A stretch of DNA of 64,000 bases, from positions 3,786,466 to 3,850,465 of the forward strand of contig CP064972.1 in assembly GCA_016699405.1 (NCBI GenBank), given 5' to 3'. Shown here in pieces: positions 21,925 to 31,421 of the stretch. Every line of letters begins with the position of its first letter. The first letter of the stretch is position 1. The notes below the pieces were generated by a model. It did not search any database. It was not told where the DNA came from and saw only the letters and a list, made by a program, of their open reading frames with translations. Position numbers and translations under genes: made by a program. This stretch comes from Holophagales bacterium (GTDB taxonomy: Bacteria; Acidobacteriota; Thermoanaerobaculia; Multivoradales; JAGPDF01).

Positions 21925-22824
21925 ATGAGGCTCAACGAGCGCAAGAAGCTCCGCTCGCTGGCGTTCTGGGAATCGCTGCAGGCGAGGTATCCCCTCGGCT
22001 CGCGATGGGAGCTGGTGCGGCCGGCGACGTCGGTGATCGCGGCGAACCTGCTCACCGGCCGGGCACTTCTGCGCGGCGAGATGCGCCCCTGGGAGCTCGT
22101 GCTGCTCGTCGCGCTCGAGGCCGCGGCCTTCTCGGCGATCGCCTGGGTGCAGACGATCGGGCTGCCACCGGATGCCCTCCCCGACGAGGAGGGACCGAAG
22201 CAGACGCTCGCCCAGCGCCTCGGGGTGCTCGCGTTCGGGCTCTTCTGGATCGCCGCGGTCTACGGACTGATCTTCGGCTTCTACCTGCGCGAGCTGCCCG
22301 ACTGGAGCACGCTCGCCGCGGCGCCGTTGGCCTACCTCGGCGCGAGCGCGATCCGCTGGCCACTCGCCGTCTCGGTCGGCGGCGCGCTGCTCGACGCGAT
22401 CGCCGATCGCCAGTTCTGGCGCCACCGCGGCGGGATCTTCGTCAGCACCCCCGGGTTCACCGCGCTGGCGCGCTGGCTGACGCTGATCTTCGGCGGCATC
22501 CCGTTCTTCGTGCCGTTCGCGGTCGGCGCCGGGTGTATCGCGGCGATCGTCAAGGCGGTCGAGCGGCGCTTCAAGACGTCGCCGACGACGACCTGGCCAA
22601 TCGCCCTCTTCCCGCTGCTCACCCTCCTGCTCTTCTGGGGGATGAGCCACCTGATCGCCGCCGGCGTCGTCGGCTGGACGATCGGCTACGTCGCCGCCAA
22701 GCTCGGCTCCGAGTTGCTCGTCCTCGGCGTGCCGCTGCTGGCCGAACGCGCCGGACAGGAGGAGCGCGAGAAGCTCGCGGGGACCGCACCGGCAGGGCCG
22801 ACGAAGCGGAGGAAGCGCACCTAG
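21925..22824 (+). CDS. hypothetical integral membrane protein (multiple TM helices)
   Basis: ATG preceded by GGAGGAGG. Hydrophobic segments throughout (LVLLVALEAAAFSAIAWV, LAFGLFWIAAVYGLIFGFYL, IFGGIPFFVPFAVGAGCIAAIV). Confidence 0.5.
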   Translation: MRLNERKKLRSLAFWESLQARYPLGSRWELVRPATSVIAANLLTGRALLRGEMRPWELVLLVALEAAAFSAIAWVQTIGLPPDALPDEEGPKQTLAQRLGVLAFGLFWIAAVYGLIFGFYLRELPDWSTLAAAPLAYLGASAIRWPLAVSVGGALLDAIADRQFWRHRGGIFVSTPGFTALARWLTLIFGGIPFFVPFAVGAGCIAAIVKAVERRFKTSPTTTWPIALFPLLTLLLFWGMSHLIAAGVVGWTIGYVAAKLGSELLVLGVPLLAERAGQEEREKLAGTAPAGPTKRRKRT

Positions 22825-23105
22825 CCGCGGGCCGGCTCACCCGACGCCACCGGAGTCGGTCCGGCGGCGGAGCGGACGAGCTCGTAGAGGAATTCCGGCG
22901 CGAAGTCGGCTCCATTCGGCCAGACCGCCGTGTGCAGCTCCGGGTGAAGACGCACCTCGGAGAAACGCTCGGGATCGCGCAGCGGTTCGAACACCGGCCC
23001 CCACAGCTCGGCGACGAGCGCTACGCTACCTTCGGTACCGTCGGCGAATCTCAGCCGAAGCGAGTGACCAGCCAACGGGTACACCTCGACAAGTCGGGGG
23101 ATCAT
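22821..23105 (-). CDS. DUF2442-domain protein
   Basis: 94-aa ORF (VEVYPLAGHSLRLRFADGTEGSVAL... HPELHTAVWPNGADFAPEFLYE) typical of DUF2442, the usual partner of DUF4160. Confidence 0.65.
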   Translation of the reverse strand: MIPRLVEVYPLAGHSLRLRFADGTEGSVALVAELWGPVFEPLRDPERFSEVRLHPELHTAVWPNGADFAPEFLYELVRSAAGPTPVASGEPARG

Positions 23106-23111
23106 CGGCGT

Positions 23112-23369
23112 CTACTCCAACGGTGCGATCGGCGCCAACGGCTCGCGCAGACGAGCCCGCTCCCAATTCGCCTCGAGCTCCGTGCGGTGCAGCTCGGCCC
23201 ACTCGAGCACTAGCCCGAGTGCACGACGTGGGAAACGACCCGAGACCGATCCGTCGGCGATCCCCACGACGACCTCGTAGTCGCCGTAGGTGGCGTGAAA
23301 GTGCGGTGGGCCGTGCTCGCGGTAGAACATCGCGATGACGATCCCGAGGAATCGACAGAGCTCCGGCAC
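23112..23369 (-). CDS. DUF4160-domain protein
   Basis: GIVIAMFYREHGPPHFHATYGDYEVVVGI is the DUF4160 signature. Start assigned to GTG (plus-strand cac at 23367-23369) because DUF4160 normally begins just before this motif; the ORF track extends to 23471. Confidence 0.6.
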   Translation of the reverse strand: MPELCRFLGIVIAMFYREHGPPHFHATYGDYEVVVGIADGSVSGRFPRRALGLVLEWAELHRTELEANWERARLREPLAPIAPLE

Positions 23370-23574
23370 AGGCTCATTGTATCTCCGGCACCGAATCGGG
23401 CTCGCCAGCTCCCTTCGGAGCATGGACAAGTGCCCTCCACTCGCGGACCGCGGCACCAACTCCGGGCGCACGTCGCCTCGGGCCGCGCCGACGCCGCACC
23501 AGAGTGCCGCGAAGCGACGGACGTCCAGGCCTTGTCGTTTGATGCGGCCCGCGGCGACGTCGCTGCCTGCCGCC

Positions 23575-24924
23575 CTACCGCTTCTCCCCCGGATCGAGCA
23601 ACGAATTGTGCTTGGCGGGCGTTCCCGCCGCCAGGCGGTCGAGGAGCTCGTCGACCGTGGCGACGCCCTCGTCGGCGAGCGTGGCGGCGAGGTGGTCGCC
23701 TTCGACGAGGCGGATGCGGCGGGCGAGCTCGGGGCGGAAGGCGGGCGTGACGTAGAACCCCGTCGTCGCCGCGAAGTGCAGCTCGTCGAGCGGCGCGACG
23801 AAGATCAGCGCGTCGTAGGCGTCGGCCATCGTCGATCCGGGGGCGGCGTTCGTCATCGTATTGCCGATGAAGGGTGCGGCGCCGAACGGCGTGCCGGCGA
23901 TCTCGAGCCCCACCGGCACGTTGCCGTGGGCGGCGAAGGCGCGATCCCAGGCACCGTCCTCCATGCGCACCCAGCGGTAGATCTTCGTCTCGAGCCCCTG
24001 CGTGGTGTGCGGGCTGGCGCTGTCGCGACTCCCCTCGATGGCGAGCGTGGCGTTGTGGAGGCGCGCCGACCAGGCGCGCCCCGGGTCGTAGCGCGCGAAG
24101 AAGCCCGCGGTGTTGAGCTGCGGGCGGCCGGCGGCGTCGCGGACGCGCATGTAGGCGTGGCGCGTGTTGGTGAGGAAGAACGCCTTCTCGCCGTTGCGGA
24201 AACCGTGCATCCGGTCTCGGATCATCGCGTAGAGGAAGAAGTCGCGGCCGGCGAGCGACTCCTGGAAGAGCTCGTAGTCGGCGCGGGTGTGGATCGCCTC
24301 CCACCAGATCGGCTGGTCGACACCGACGACGCGGAGCCGCTCGGCGGGCGGCAACCCCTGGTTGATCTCGCGCACCGTGGCGAGCAGGTCGAGGTAGGTG
24401 GCGTAGCGCCAGCCGTAGCCCGAGTAGTCGTCGCGGAAGACCGGCGCGAGGAGGCTGCGGTCGTCGGTCGAGCTCGCGAGATAGGCGTCGAGGTGCGGCT
24501 GCGCGGCGAGCGAGACGACCTCGAGGAAGACCGTGCGCACCTGCTTGCGCACGCGGGAATCGCGCAGCAGCTTCTGGTAGAGCTCGAACGGCTCGACGGC
24601 GTTGTGCAGCGCGTCGTCGAAGATCAGCAGGTCGTGCTGCTCGAGCGCGGCGAGGACGAGGTCGACCGGCGATCGTTCGTGCTCGCGCAGGGCCTGCAGG
24701 TGGGCGTCCGCCGCGGCACCCGGCGCAGTTGTCGGAGCCACGGCCGGAGCCCCTGCCGGAGCCCCTGTCAGAGCCACGGCCGGGGCCACGGCCGGCTCCA
24801 GTACCGCGGCGGCGAGCGGGGCAGCGGCGAGTGCCGCCGCGACCACGAGGCGGCCGCAGCGCCACGGCACCCGGCGAACGGCGGCGGCTCGGGACGGGCG
24901 GCTTGCGTGTGTCTCGTGGAGCAT
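23575..24924 (-). CDS. hypothetical secreted protein
   Basis: Start at MLHETH... (ATG, plus-strand cat 24922-24924) followed by signal peptide LVVAAALAAAPLAAAV and an Ala/Pro-rich linker. Long coherent ORF, no recognised domain. Confidence 0.5.
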   Translation of the reverse strand: MLHETHASRPSRAAAVRRVPWRCGRLVVAAALAAAPLAAAVLEPAVAPAVALTGAPAGAPAVAPTTAPGAAADAHLQALREHERSPVDLVLAALEQHDLLIFDDALHNAVEPFELYQKLLRDSRVRKQVRTVFLEVVSLAAQPHLDAYLASSTDDRSLLAPVFRDDYSGYGWRYATYLDLLATVREINQGLPPAERLRVVGVDQPIWWEAIHTRADYELFQESLAGRDFFLYAMIRDRMHGFRNGEKAFFLTNTRHAYMRVRDAAGRPQLNTAGFFARYDPGRAWSARLHNATLAIEGSRDSASPHTTQGLETKIYRWVRMEDGAWDRAFAAHGNVPVGLEIAGTPFGAAPFIGNTMTNAAPGSTMADAYDALIFVAPLDELHFAATTGFYVTPAFRPELARRIRLVEGDHLAATLADEGVATVDELLDRLAAGTPAKHNSLLDPGEKR

Positions 24925-25224
24925 GCGGGTCTTCTCCTCGGGCAACCGGCCGCCTCGGGTGTGCGCCCGAAACCACCGGGACGATTCCGGGCGGAGCGCT
25001 CGCCGGACGAGCGGAGCGCCGGGCACCTCGCCGTCGGCCCGCGCTCTTCGAGCAAGTACGTTCGAGCGCGGGGCCGGTTTCCTCCGGCCACCCGCACGCA
25101 CCGAACCGGATCGCCCAGGCGTGACGAGCTGGAGCGAAGGGCGGAGATCGCAGGACGTTTCCGTCGTTCGTGACTACAATGGACCCGGCAGTCGGCTCGT
25201 TCCGACGAAAGGATAACTCTTCTC

Positions 25225-26310
25225 ATGACGACTTCGCTCTTCAGCACCTACCGGCTCGGCGACCTGCGATTGAAGAATCGCATCGTCATGGCGCCGATGA
25301 CCCGCTCCCGCGCCGTTCGCAACGTGCCGAACGACCTGATGGCGACCTACTACGCCCAGCGCACCGGCGCCGGGCTGATCGTCACCGAAGGGGTCTCGCC
25401 GTCGCCGAACGGGCTCGGCTACGCGCGCATCCCGGGGCTCTTCAACGCCGAGCAGGTGGCGGGCTGGAAGAAGGTGACCGCCGCGGTGCACGCGCGGAGC
25501 GGGCGGATCTTCGCCCAGCTCATGCACACCGGCCGCGTGTCGCACCCTGCCAACCAGCCGGCGGGGGCCGAAGTCGTCGCGCCGTCGGCGATCGCGATGA
25601 ACGGCACGATGTTCACCGACGGCCAGGGGATGCAGCCCTATCCGACGCCGCGGGCGATGACGACGGCCGACATCGCCCACGCGACCGCGGAGTACGCCCA
25701 CGCCGCCCGGCTGGCGATCGAGGCGGGCTTCGACGGCATCGAAGTGCACGGCGCCAACGGCTACCTGGTCGACCAGTTCCTGAATCCGGCCTCGAACCAG
25801 CGCACCGACGACTACGGCGGCACGCCGGCAGCGCGCAACCGCTTCGCGCTGCTGGTCTGCCAGGCGATCGCCGCGGCGATCGGCGCCAGCCGCACGGGGA
25901 TCCGCCTGTCGCCCTACGGCGCCTTCAACGACCTCGTCCCCTTCCCCGGTCTCGAAGAGCAGTATCGCGCGCTGGCCGCCGAGCTCGGCGAGCTGAAGCT
26001 CGCCTACATCCACATCGTCGATCACTCCTCGATGGGCGCGCCCGAGGTGACCCGCTCGGTCAAGGAGGGGATCCGCGACGCCTTCGGCGGCACGATCATC
26101 GTGAGCGGCGGGATGGATCGCGCGAAGGCCGAGGCGGCGCTGGCCGAGGGGCTCGGTCAACTCGTCGCCTTCGGGCGGCCGTTCATCGCCAACCCCGACC
26201 TCGTGCAACGCCTCGAGCTCGGCGCCCCGCTGGCCGCGCCGAACCCGGCGACCTTCTACACCCCGGGCGCCACGGGCTACACCGACTACCCCACGCTCGA
26301 CGCGTCGTAG
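25225..26310 (+). CDS. NADH:flavin oxidoreductase, Old Yellow Enzyme family (N-ethylmaleimide reductase-like)
   Basis: LKNRIVMAPMTRSRA, HGANGYLVDQFL and RxDxYGG motifs of the OYE family. Confidence 0.9.
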   Translation: MTTSLFSTYRLGDLRLKNRIVMAPMTRSRAVRNVPNDLMATYYAQRTGAGLIVTEGVSPSPNGLGYARIPGLFNAEQVAGWKKVTAAVHARSGRIFAQLMHTGRVSHPANQPAGAEVVAPSAIAMNGTMFTDGQGMQPYPTPRAMTTADIAHATAEYAHAARLAIEAGFDGIEVHGANGYLVDQFLNPASNQRTDDYGGTPAARNRFALLVCQAIAAAIGASRTGIRLSPYGAFNDLVPFPGLEEQYRALAAELGELKLAYIHIVDHSSMGAPEVTRSVKEGIRDAFGGTIIVSGGMDRAKAEAALAEGLGQLVAFGRPFIANPDLVQRLELGAPLAAPNPATFYTPGATGYTDYPTLDAS

Positions 26311-26364
26311 GCGCGGCGAACGGCACCGTTCCGTCGCCGCGGACCTGAGCCGCGCCCTTCCGAC

Positions 26365-27165
26365 TCAGGCCGCCGCCGGAATCGCGGCCTCGCGGAGGAA
26401 GGCGAGCAGCGCCGCATCGAACGCCGCGGGCGCCTCGAGATTGCTCACGTGGGCGGCGTCGTCCAGCACCGCGAGGCGTGCCCCGGGGATCTTCGCCACT
26501 ATCGCCTCGGACAGGGCGGGCGGGGTGAGCGCGTCCTCGCGGCCGACGATCACCAGCGTCGGCAGCGCGAACGAGGCGAGCGCCGGGGTGATGTCGGTGC
26601 GGCCTTGCATCGCGGCGAGCGCGTTGGCCATGCCGGCCGCATGGTTGCTCCGCATCAGGGCGAGCAGCTCACGGCCGGCGGCCGATTCGGGGCGACGCAG
26701 CAGCTTCGGCAGCATCGCGGTGACGAACCCGTCGAGCCCGCCGGCGTGCAGGGTCTTGATCGCGGCAGCGCGACCGAGCTTGCCCTCGTCGCTGTCGGGA
26801 TCGGAGCGCGTGTCGCAGAGGGCGAGCGCACGGAAGCGCTCGGGCGCGCGTTGCACCGCACGCAGCGCGATGTAGCCGCCCATCGAGAGACCGACGAGCC
26901 CGGCCTGTCGAATGCCGAGCGCATCCATCAGGCCGAGCAGGTCGTCGACATAGGCCTCGAGCGGCTGCGGCAGCGGACCGAGGCCGCTCTCGCCGAGCCC
27001 GCGCAGGTCCCAGGTCAACACGCGGAACTCCCCGCCGAGTGCAGCCGCCTGCGCCGACCAGGTGGCGCGAGTGAAGGGAAAGCCATGGATCATCACGACC
27101 CACGGGCGACCCGCGGAGCCGTGCACGTCGTAGGCGAGATCGATGCCGTTCACCTGCAGCTTCAT
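26365..27165 (-). CDS. alpha/beta-fold hydrolase
   Basis: HGFPFTRATW and nucleophile elbow GLSMGG. 266 aa. Confidence 0.85.
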   Translation of the reverse strand: MKLQVNGIDLAYDVHGSAGRPWVVMIHGFPFTRATWSAQAAALGGEFRVLTWDLRGLGESGLGPLPQPLEAYVDDLLGLMDALGIRQAGLVGLSMGGYIALRAVQRAPERFRALALCDTRSDPDSDEGKLGRAAAIKTLHAGGLDGFVTAMLPKLLRRPESAAGRELLALMRSNHAAGMANALAAMQGRTDITPALASFALPTLVIVGREDALTPPALSEAIVAKIPGARLAVLDDAAHVSNLEAPAAFDAALLAFLREAAIPAAA

Positions 27166-27334
27166 GGCGGCCTCCGGAGGAGGCGCGACGGGAGGAGACC
27201 CGCAGCACCAGACGAGGAAGGATGACGCCCTGCATTATGCGCTCTTCGGCCGGCCGATCGAGCGATCGCGGGGGAGCGTCGCCGCGGCGATGGGGAGCAA
27301 TCGAAGCGCGGCAAGGCGATCGGCTCGCCGCACG

Positions 27335-27706
27335 ATGAGCGACGAACGCCTCCCGCCCACCTCCTCACCCGCACCGGTCGACCTCGCGACGGCGCGCCAC
27401 TACCCCTGGGGCGACGGCTGTGACGGCTGGCATCTGCTGGCAACACCCGAGCTCTCGGTGATCCGCGAACGGATGCCGTCCGGACCCGCCGAGGTGCGTC
27501 ACCGACACGCGCACGCTCAACAGTTCTTCTTCGTGCTCGCCGGCCGGCTGACGATCGACCTGGCCGGCGTCGAGCGCTCGCTCCTCCCGGGCCAGGGCCA
27601 GTCGATCCCAGCCGGCGTGCCGCACCAGGTCGTCAACCGCGACGACTCCCCCGCCGAGCTCCTCGTCGTCTCCCAACCACCGAGCCACGGCGACCGGATC
27701 GTTTGA
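27335..27706 (+). CDS. cupin-domain protein
   Basis: HRHAHAQQFFFVLAGRLTI ... IPAGVPHQVVN is a two-His cupin motif pattern. ATG 27335 is in frame within track ORF 27143-27706. Confidence 0.6.
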   Translation: MSDERLPPTSSPAPVDLATARHYPWGDGCDGWHLLATPELSVIRERMPSGPAEVRHRHAHAQQFFFVLAGRLTIDLAGVERSLLPGQGQSIPAGVPHQVVNRDDSPAELLVVSQPPSHGDRIV

Positions 27707-27936
27707 GTTCCTCGCCCGAGAGCAGAGCGATTCCGCGGCTCGCCTCCGCCATCGAGCGCCGCTCGGAGGTCACGGAGCACTGACCGCCCCGGCGCAGCCG
27801 CCGGAGAGATCGCCCGAGCAACGCGCTGCGCCGGCGACCCCAGGACGGCAGCCGAAGGGCGGGGACAGACGAGGCGGCGCGGCGGATCTGCCGCTCGACC
27901 TGTCCCCGACGAAGACACGCTGGTTGCTCGGCCGAC

Positions 27937-29751
27937 TCAGTGGCCCTGGCTCTGAGCCACCGTGACGGTCGTCGTCCTTCGCACCGAGTTCCCAGACGAG
28001 TCCCGGCAGACCACGCCGATCGAGTAGGAACGATCACCGAGGCTCGCAGTTCGCTCGGCGCGCAGCCAGACCGTCGAAGCGCTGGCGATCTGCCAGTCAG
28101 GACCGCTGTTGCTGCCCCCTCCGCCGCTCGCCGGCCGGTTCGAAGCGACGTCCGCGATCGCACACAACGGACGGGCGTCGCAGGCGTCAGCAGCAACTAC
28201 GGACACGGACACCAGCACCATCTTGTGGTTCGGTGGCCAGAGATACGCCGGCGTGGCAGTGACCGCCCCGGCGACCGGCGGCGCCAGGTCCACGATCGAA
28301 ACGACCGACGCGTCGACGGCGCTCCCTCCTCGACCATCCCTCACTTCCAGCGTGAACTCGTGCCTCCCCAGGGGAACGAGGATCGACGGCGTCGCTCCCG
28401 TCGCGGTCAGGCCGCTGTCGCTCTGCCACGCGAAGGTGAGTGAATCTCCGTCCGGGTCGGACGATCCACTCCCGTCGAGCGACACCTGAGCGCGACAGTC
28501 CGCGCCGGCGGGCAACAGCTGATCGCTTCCGGCATTGGCCGTCGGCTCCCCGTTGGCGTGCGAGAAGACGACGAGCGCGTTGTCGTCGTGACCGGCCACG
28601 TACACGTTCCGACCGTCCGCACTGGCGGTGACGTCGGAGCCGCCGGCCAGGCCGTCCACTCCACCGACACCATCGACGAACGCCTGGCGGAAGGTGAGCC
28701 GCCCGTCGTTCGCGTCTCGCTCGAACACGACGAGAGTCCCCAGGCCCTTGGAGTACACGTAGCCACCGTCCGAGCTGACGGCCACGGCGTTCGTGCGGAC
28801 CATCCCGAAGGCGCCAGCCATCCCGTCGCGCTGGGCCTCGAGAAACACCAGCCGGCCGGTCACCGGATCGCGCGCGAAGACCGCGAGGGCGTTGTCCTCC
28901 GTCCCCGCCCCGTAGACGTTCTTCCCGTCCGGGCTCACGGCAAGCTTGTAGACGCCCGCCAACCCGTCCACTCCGTCGACACCGTCCCGGTAGAAATCGA
29001 CGAAGGAGAGCTCACCGGTTTGCGCGTCGCGCGAGAAGGCGGAAATCGAATGGTCGAGGATGCCGACGCCATAGACGTGTCGCCCGTCCGGGCTCACGGC
29101 GATCGCCGTTCCGCCGAAGAGCCCGTCGATTCCGCCGTGGCCGTCGCGCAGCGTCTGCCGGTAGTCGAGCTCACCGGTGCCCGGATCGCGATCCCAGACG
29201 ACGATGCTGTCGGCGTTGCTCGTCGCAGCGTACACCGATCTCCCATCCGGGCTCACGAACGGGCCGCGGACATTGGCCACGGACGGGCCACCGACGCCCC
29301 CGGTCTCGACCTCGACGACGGAGAGAGCCCCGCTCGCCGGATCTCGCTCGAAGACGACGATCCGATCGTTGTAGCTCCATGGACCGTAGCCGGCGCCCGA
29401 CGCGTAGACGTTCTTCCCGTCGGGACTGACGAAGACGTCGACGACGCCCATCAGGACGTCGACCCCGGAAACAGCGTCGTTCGCCGTGCCGGCGAAGACG
29501 AGCCGCCCGGTCGCTTCGTCTCGCGCGAAGATGGTCACCGTGCCACCGAAGAGCGGGTTGTCGTGATCGGCGACGTAGACATGGCGACCGTCCGGGCTCA
29601 CCGCCACCGAGTTCGCCCCGCCGAGACCGACTACCCCATTCACTCCCTGGCGATGCACTTCGAGCAGTTGCAAGTCCCCTGCGCCCGCTCGCCCTGCCAC
29701 GGAACCGAGCTCCGCGATCACTGCCAACAGTACCGCCGACCATCGACGCAC
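27937..29751 (-). CDS. secreted beta-propeller (lactonase/YVTN-like) protein with PKD-like domain, paralog B
   Basis: Near-colinear with paralog A. GTG start (plus-strand cac 29749-29751) preceded by GGAGGAG. The track ORF extends further 5' into a non-homologous region. Confidence 0.8.
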   Translation of the reverse strand: MRRWSAVLLAVIAELGSVAGRAGAGDLQLLEVHRQGVNGVVGLGGANSVAVSPDGRHVYVADHDNPLFGGTVTIFARDEATGRLVFAGTANDAVSGVDVLMGVVDVFVSPDGKNVYASGAGYGPWSYNDRIVVFERDPASGALSVVEVETGGVGGPSVANVRGPFVSPDGRSVYAATSNADSIVVWDRDPGTGELDYRQTLRDGHGGIDGLFGGTAIAVSPDGRHVYGVGILDHSISAFSRDAQTGELSFVDFYRDGVDGVDGLAGVYKLAVSPDGKNVYGAGTEDNALAVFARDPVTGRLVFLEAQRDGMAGAFGMVRTNAVAVSSDGGYVYSKGLGTLVVFERDANDGRLTFRQAFVDGVGGVDGLAGGSDVTASADGRNVYVAGHDDNALVVFSHANGEPTANAGSDQLLPAGADCRAQVSLDGSGSSDPDGDSLTFAWQSDSGLTATGATPSILVPLGRHEFTLEVRDGRGGSAVDASVVSIVDLAPPVAGAVTATPAYLWPPNHKMVLVSVSVVAADACDARPLCAIADVASNRPASGGGGSNSGPDWQIASASTVWLRAERTASLGDRSYSIGVVCRDSSGNSVRRTTTVTVAQSQGH

Positions 29752-29804
29752 GATCTCCTCCGCTCTGTCCGGGAGAAGTTGGAAACCGGACGAGGCCCGT
29801 GCCA

Positions 29805-29827
29805 GGGCAAGGCATGTGCCAGCCTTG
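29805..29827 (-). promoter_or_regulatory. palindromic operator-like motif GGCAAGGCAtgTGCCAGCCTTGC, 54-76 nt upstream of paralog B start
   Basis: Matches the motif upstream of paralog A at equivalent spacing. Confidence 0.5.
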
Positions 29828-30039
29828 CGGCGCCGCTGCGTCGATCCTTTCGCTCGCCGCCGCCCATGTGCTTCGCCGCGAGAGGCAGCAGCTTGTCGCG
29901 ACTCGCTCACGAGCTTGGCGTTCGCGACCGCGCACCCGCGAGGCGTCTCCTCTCGTCTCCTCTGCCACGTCACGTCCTCCTAGACGCCGCGACCGCGTCC
30001 GTCGTAACCCTGACGGCACGACAACCCGGAGGACTCCGA

Positions 30040-30599
30040 TGACGACCACCCGACTCGCCTGGCTCGCCGCCTTCGCCACCACGCTGGGAGCGCTCGCCTC
30101 ACCTATCGCCCGTCCGGTCGCCGCGGCGGTGTCCGCCGACGACGGTCAGCCACGCGTGACGCGCGTCTTCTACCTGCACGGTATGGAGATGCGCGATGCC
30201 TTGATGCTGCTGCGCGCGGAGGTCGCGCCGCGAGCGATCGGCACGCTCGAGGGTCGCGAGGCGATCGTCGTCGCCGACGTGGCCGAGAAGGTCGAACGAG
30301 TCGAGAGGCTCCTGCGGGCGCAGGGCGCCATCGCCCGCGCGACGACACCGCACGCACCCATCGCCGCTGCAACCGGAGAAGCGGACACGGCGGCGACGGT
30401 GACGCATCGACTGGTGAGCAGCGACGCGATCAGCGCGGCGAACCTGCTGCGAGCGCTCTACGGGATCCAAGAGATCGAGAGCGCCGGCGGCGGCGTGATC
30501 GTCGTTCGCGCCACCGAGCCCGTGCTCACCGCGGGCGAAGCGCTGCTGCGCGAGCTCGGCCTGCTCGCCGCCACACCCGCGAACGGCAGAGCGCGGTAG
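30040..30599 (+). CDS. hypothetical secreted protein
   Basis: ATG with GGAGGA SD. N-terminal signal peptide MTTTRLAWLAAFATTLGALASP. 186 aa, no clear family. Confidence 0.5.
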
Positions 30600-30653
30600 C
30601 GCGGCGCACCGTCCGGTCTCGCTCTCGAGGCATGACCCCCACACGACTCCCGC

Positions 30654-30682
30654 TTGACACCGCGCGACGATCGCTCGATAAT
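30654..30682 (+). promoter_or_regulatory. near-consensus sigma70-type promoter TTGACA-N17-GATAAT
   Basis: TTGACA at 30654-30659 and GATAAT at 30677-30682 with 17-nt spacer. Unusual AT-rich consensus in a ~70% GC background. Confidence 0.55.
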
Positions 30683-30708
30683 TCGCCCCCTTCGTGAGAG
30701 GACGCACC

Positions 30709-30828
30709 GTGAAGCGCTACGACATCGACATCCACCTCGCCGCCGACGCCCGCAATGCGCGTGCTCTGGCCGGCGCCGACACGCCGCGGTCGTTCGACGC
30801 GGGGTGCGAGAGGGCGGTCGTCTCCTAG
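30709..30828 (+). CDS. 39-aa small ORF (VKRYDIDIHLAADARNARALAGADTPRSFDAGCERAVVS) between strong promoter and terminator; could equally be a small non-coding RNA
   Basis: GTG start 6 nt after GAGAGGA SD-like. Framed by promoter (30654-30682) and intrinsic terminator (30858-30899). Confidence 0.3.
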   Translation: MKRYDIDIHLAADARNARALAGADTPRSFDAGCERAVVS

Positions 30829-30857
30829 GAATCCGTTCGCGGCGCGACGTCGCGACG

Positions 30858-30899
30858 AGCCTTCCGGGGAGCGATCCTCGGAAGGCTCTTTTCGTTTTT
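30858..30899 (+). terminator. Rho-independent terminator (10-bp stem GAGCCTTCCG/CGGAAGGCTC followed by TTTTCGTTTTT)
   Basis: Perfect 10-bp inverted repeat with ~11-nt loop followed by a T-tract. Confidence 0.65.
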
Positions 30900-31031
30900 C
30901 CGGCCCCGTGAGGCCGGCACTGCCCGGGCGTGGAGCGCCCGGGAGGCAGGGCCCCGTTCGACGGACCACGCGGCGCGCGCGAGCGCGTCCCGCCGTGGAA
31001 TCGCAACCGGCGGACGCGGTGAGCTCCGCGT

Positions 31032-31105
31032 CGATGGCTAGCTCAGGGGTAGAGCACCGGACCGTGAATCCGAATGCCGTGGGTTCGAATCCCGCGCCAT
31101 CACCA
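31032..31105 (+). tRNA. tRNA-His-like (anticodon GTG), probably degenerate/pseudo
   Basis: Canonical D-arm (GCTC AGGGGTA GAGC) and T-arm (GTGGG TTCGAAT CCCGC), acceptor CGATGGC/GCCATCA with discriminator C (His-like), anticodon loop CCGTGAA. Anomalies: C1xA72 and C27xA43 mismatches, C instead of U at position 33, no encoded G-1. Confidence 0.45.
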
Positions 31106-31421
31106 TCCGCCGCGAGGCGGTCTCAGCAGGACCCCGACCGCGGAGCGGTCGCGGTCGACTCGCCAGCCGGAGTCGGGCTCGTCGCGCACGCGCGGCGGGT
31201 TCGTTCGCCGGCACCGCACGCGGGCGCCTTGCGGCCCGACGGCGGCGACGCTCGGAACCGGCGCGTCCGCGGAAGACGGCAAGGCGGAGGACCCTCCTCT
31301 CCGCCGCCGCGGCCCGCGACTCGCGCCGGAGCCGTCGAGCGTCGCGCCCCGGGCCCCGCGACCCGCGGCGGGGCGGCGTCGCGACCGCTCCGTGGAAGGG
31401 CTTTCGAGAAGGAGGTGCACC

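Noticed and set aside
23210-25173. Overlapping 588-aa (minus) and 612-aa (plus) ORFs rich in Arg/Pro/Gly
   Set aside because: Both overlap the well-formed secreted-protein gene 23575-24924 and the DUF4160 gene in other frames. Composition (RRRRPG runs) is a typical GC-artefact reading frame.
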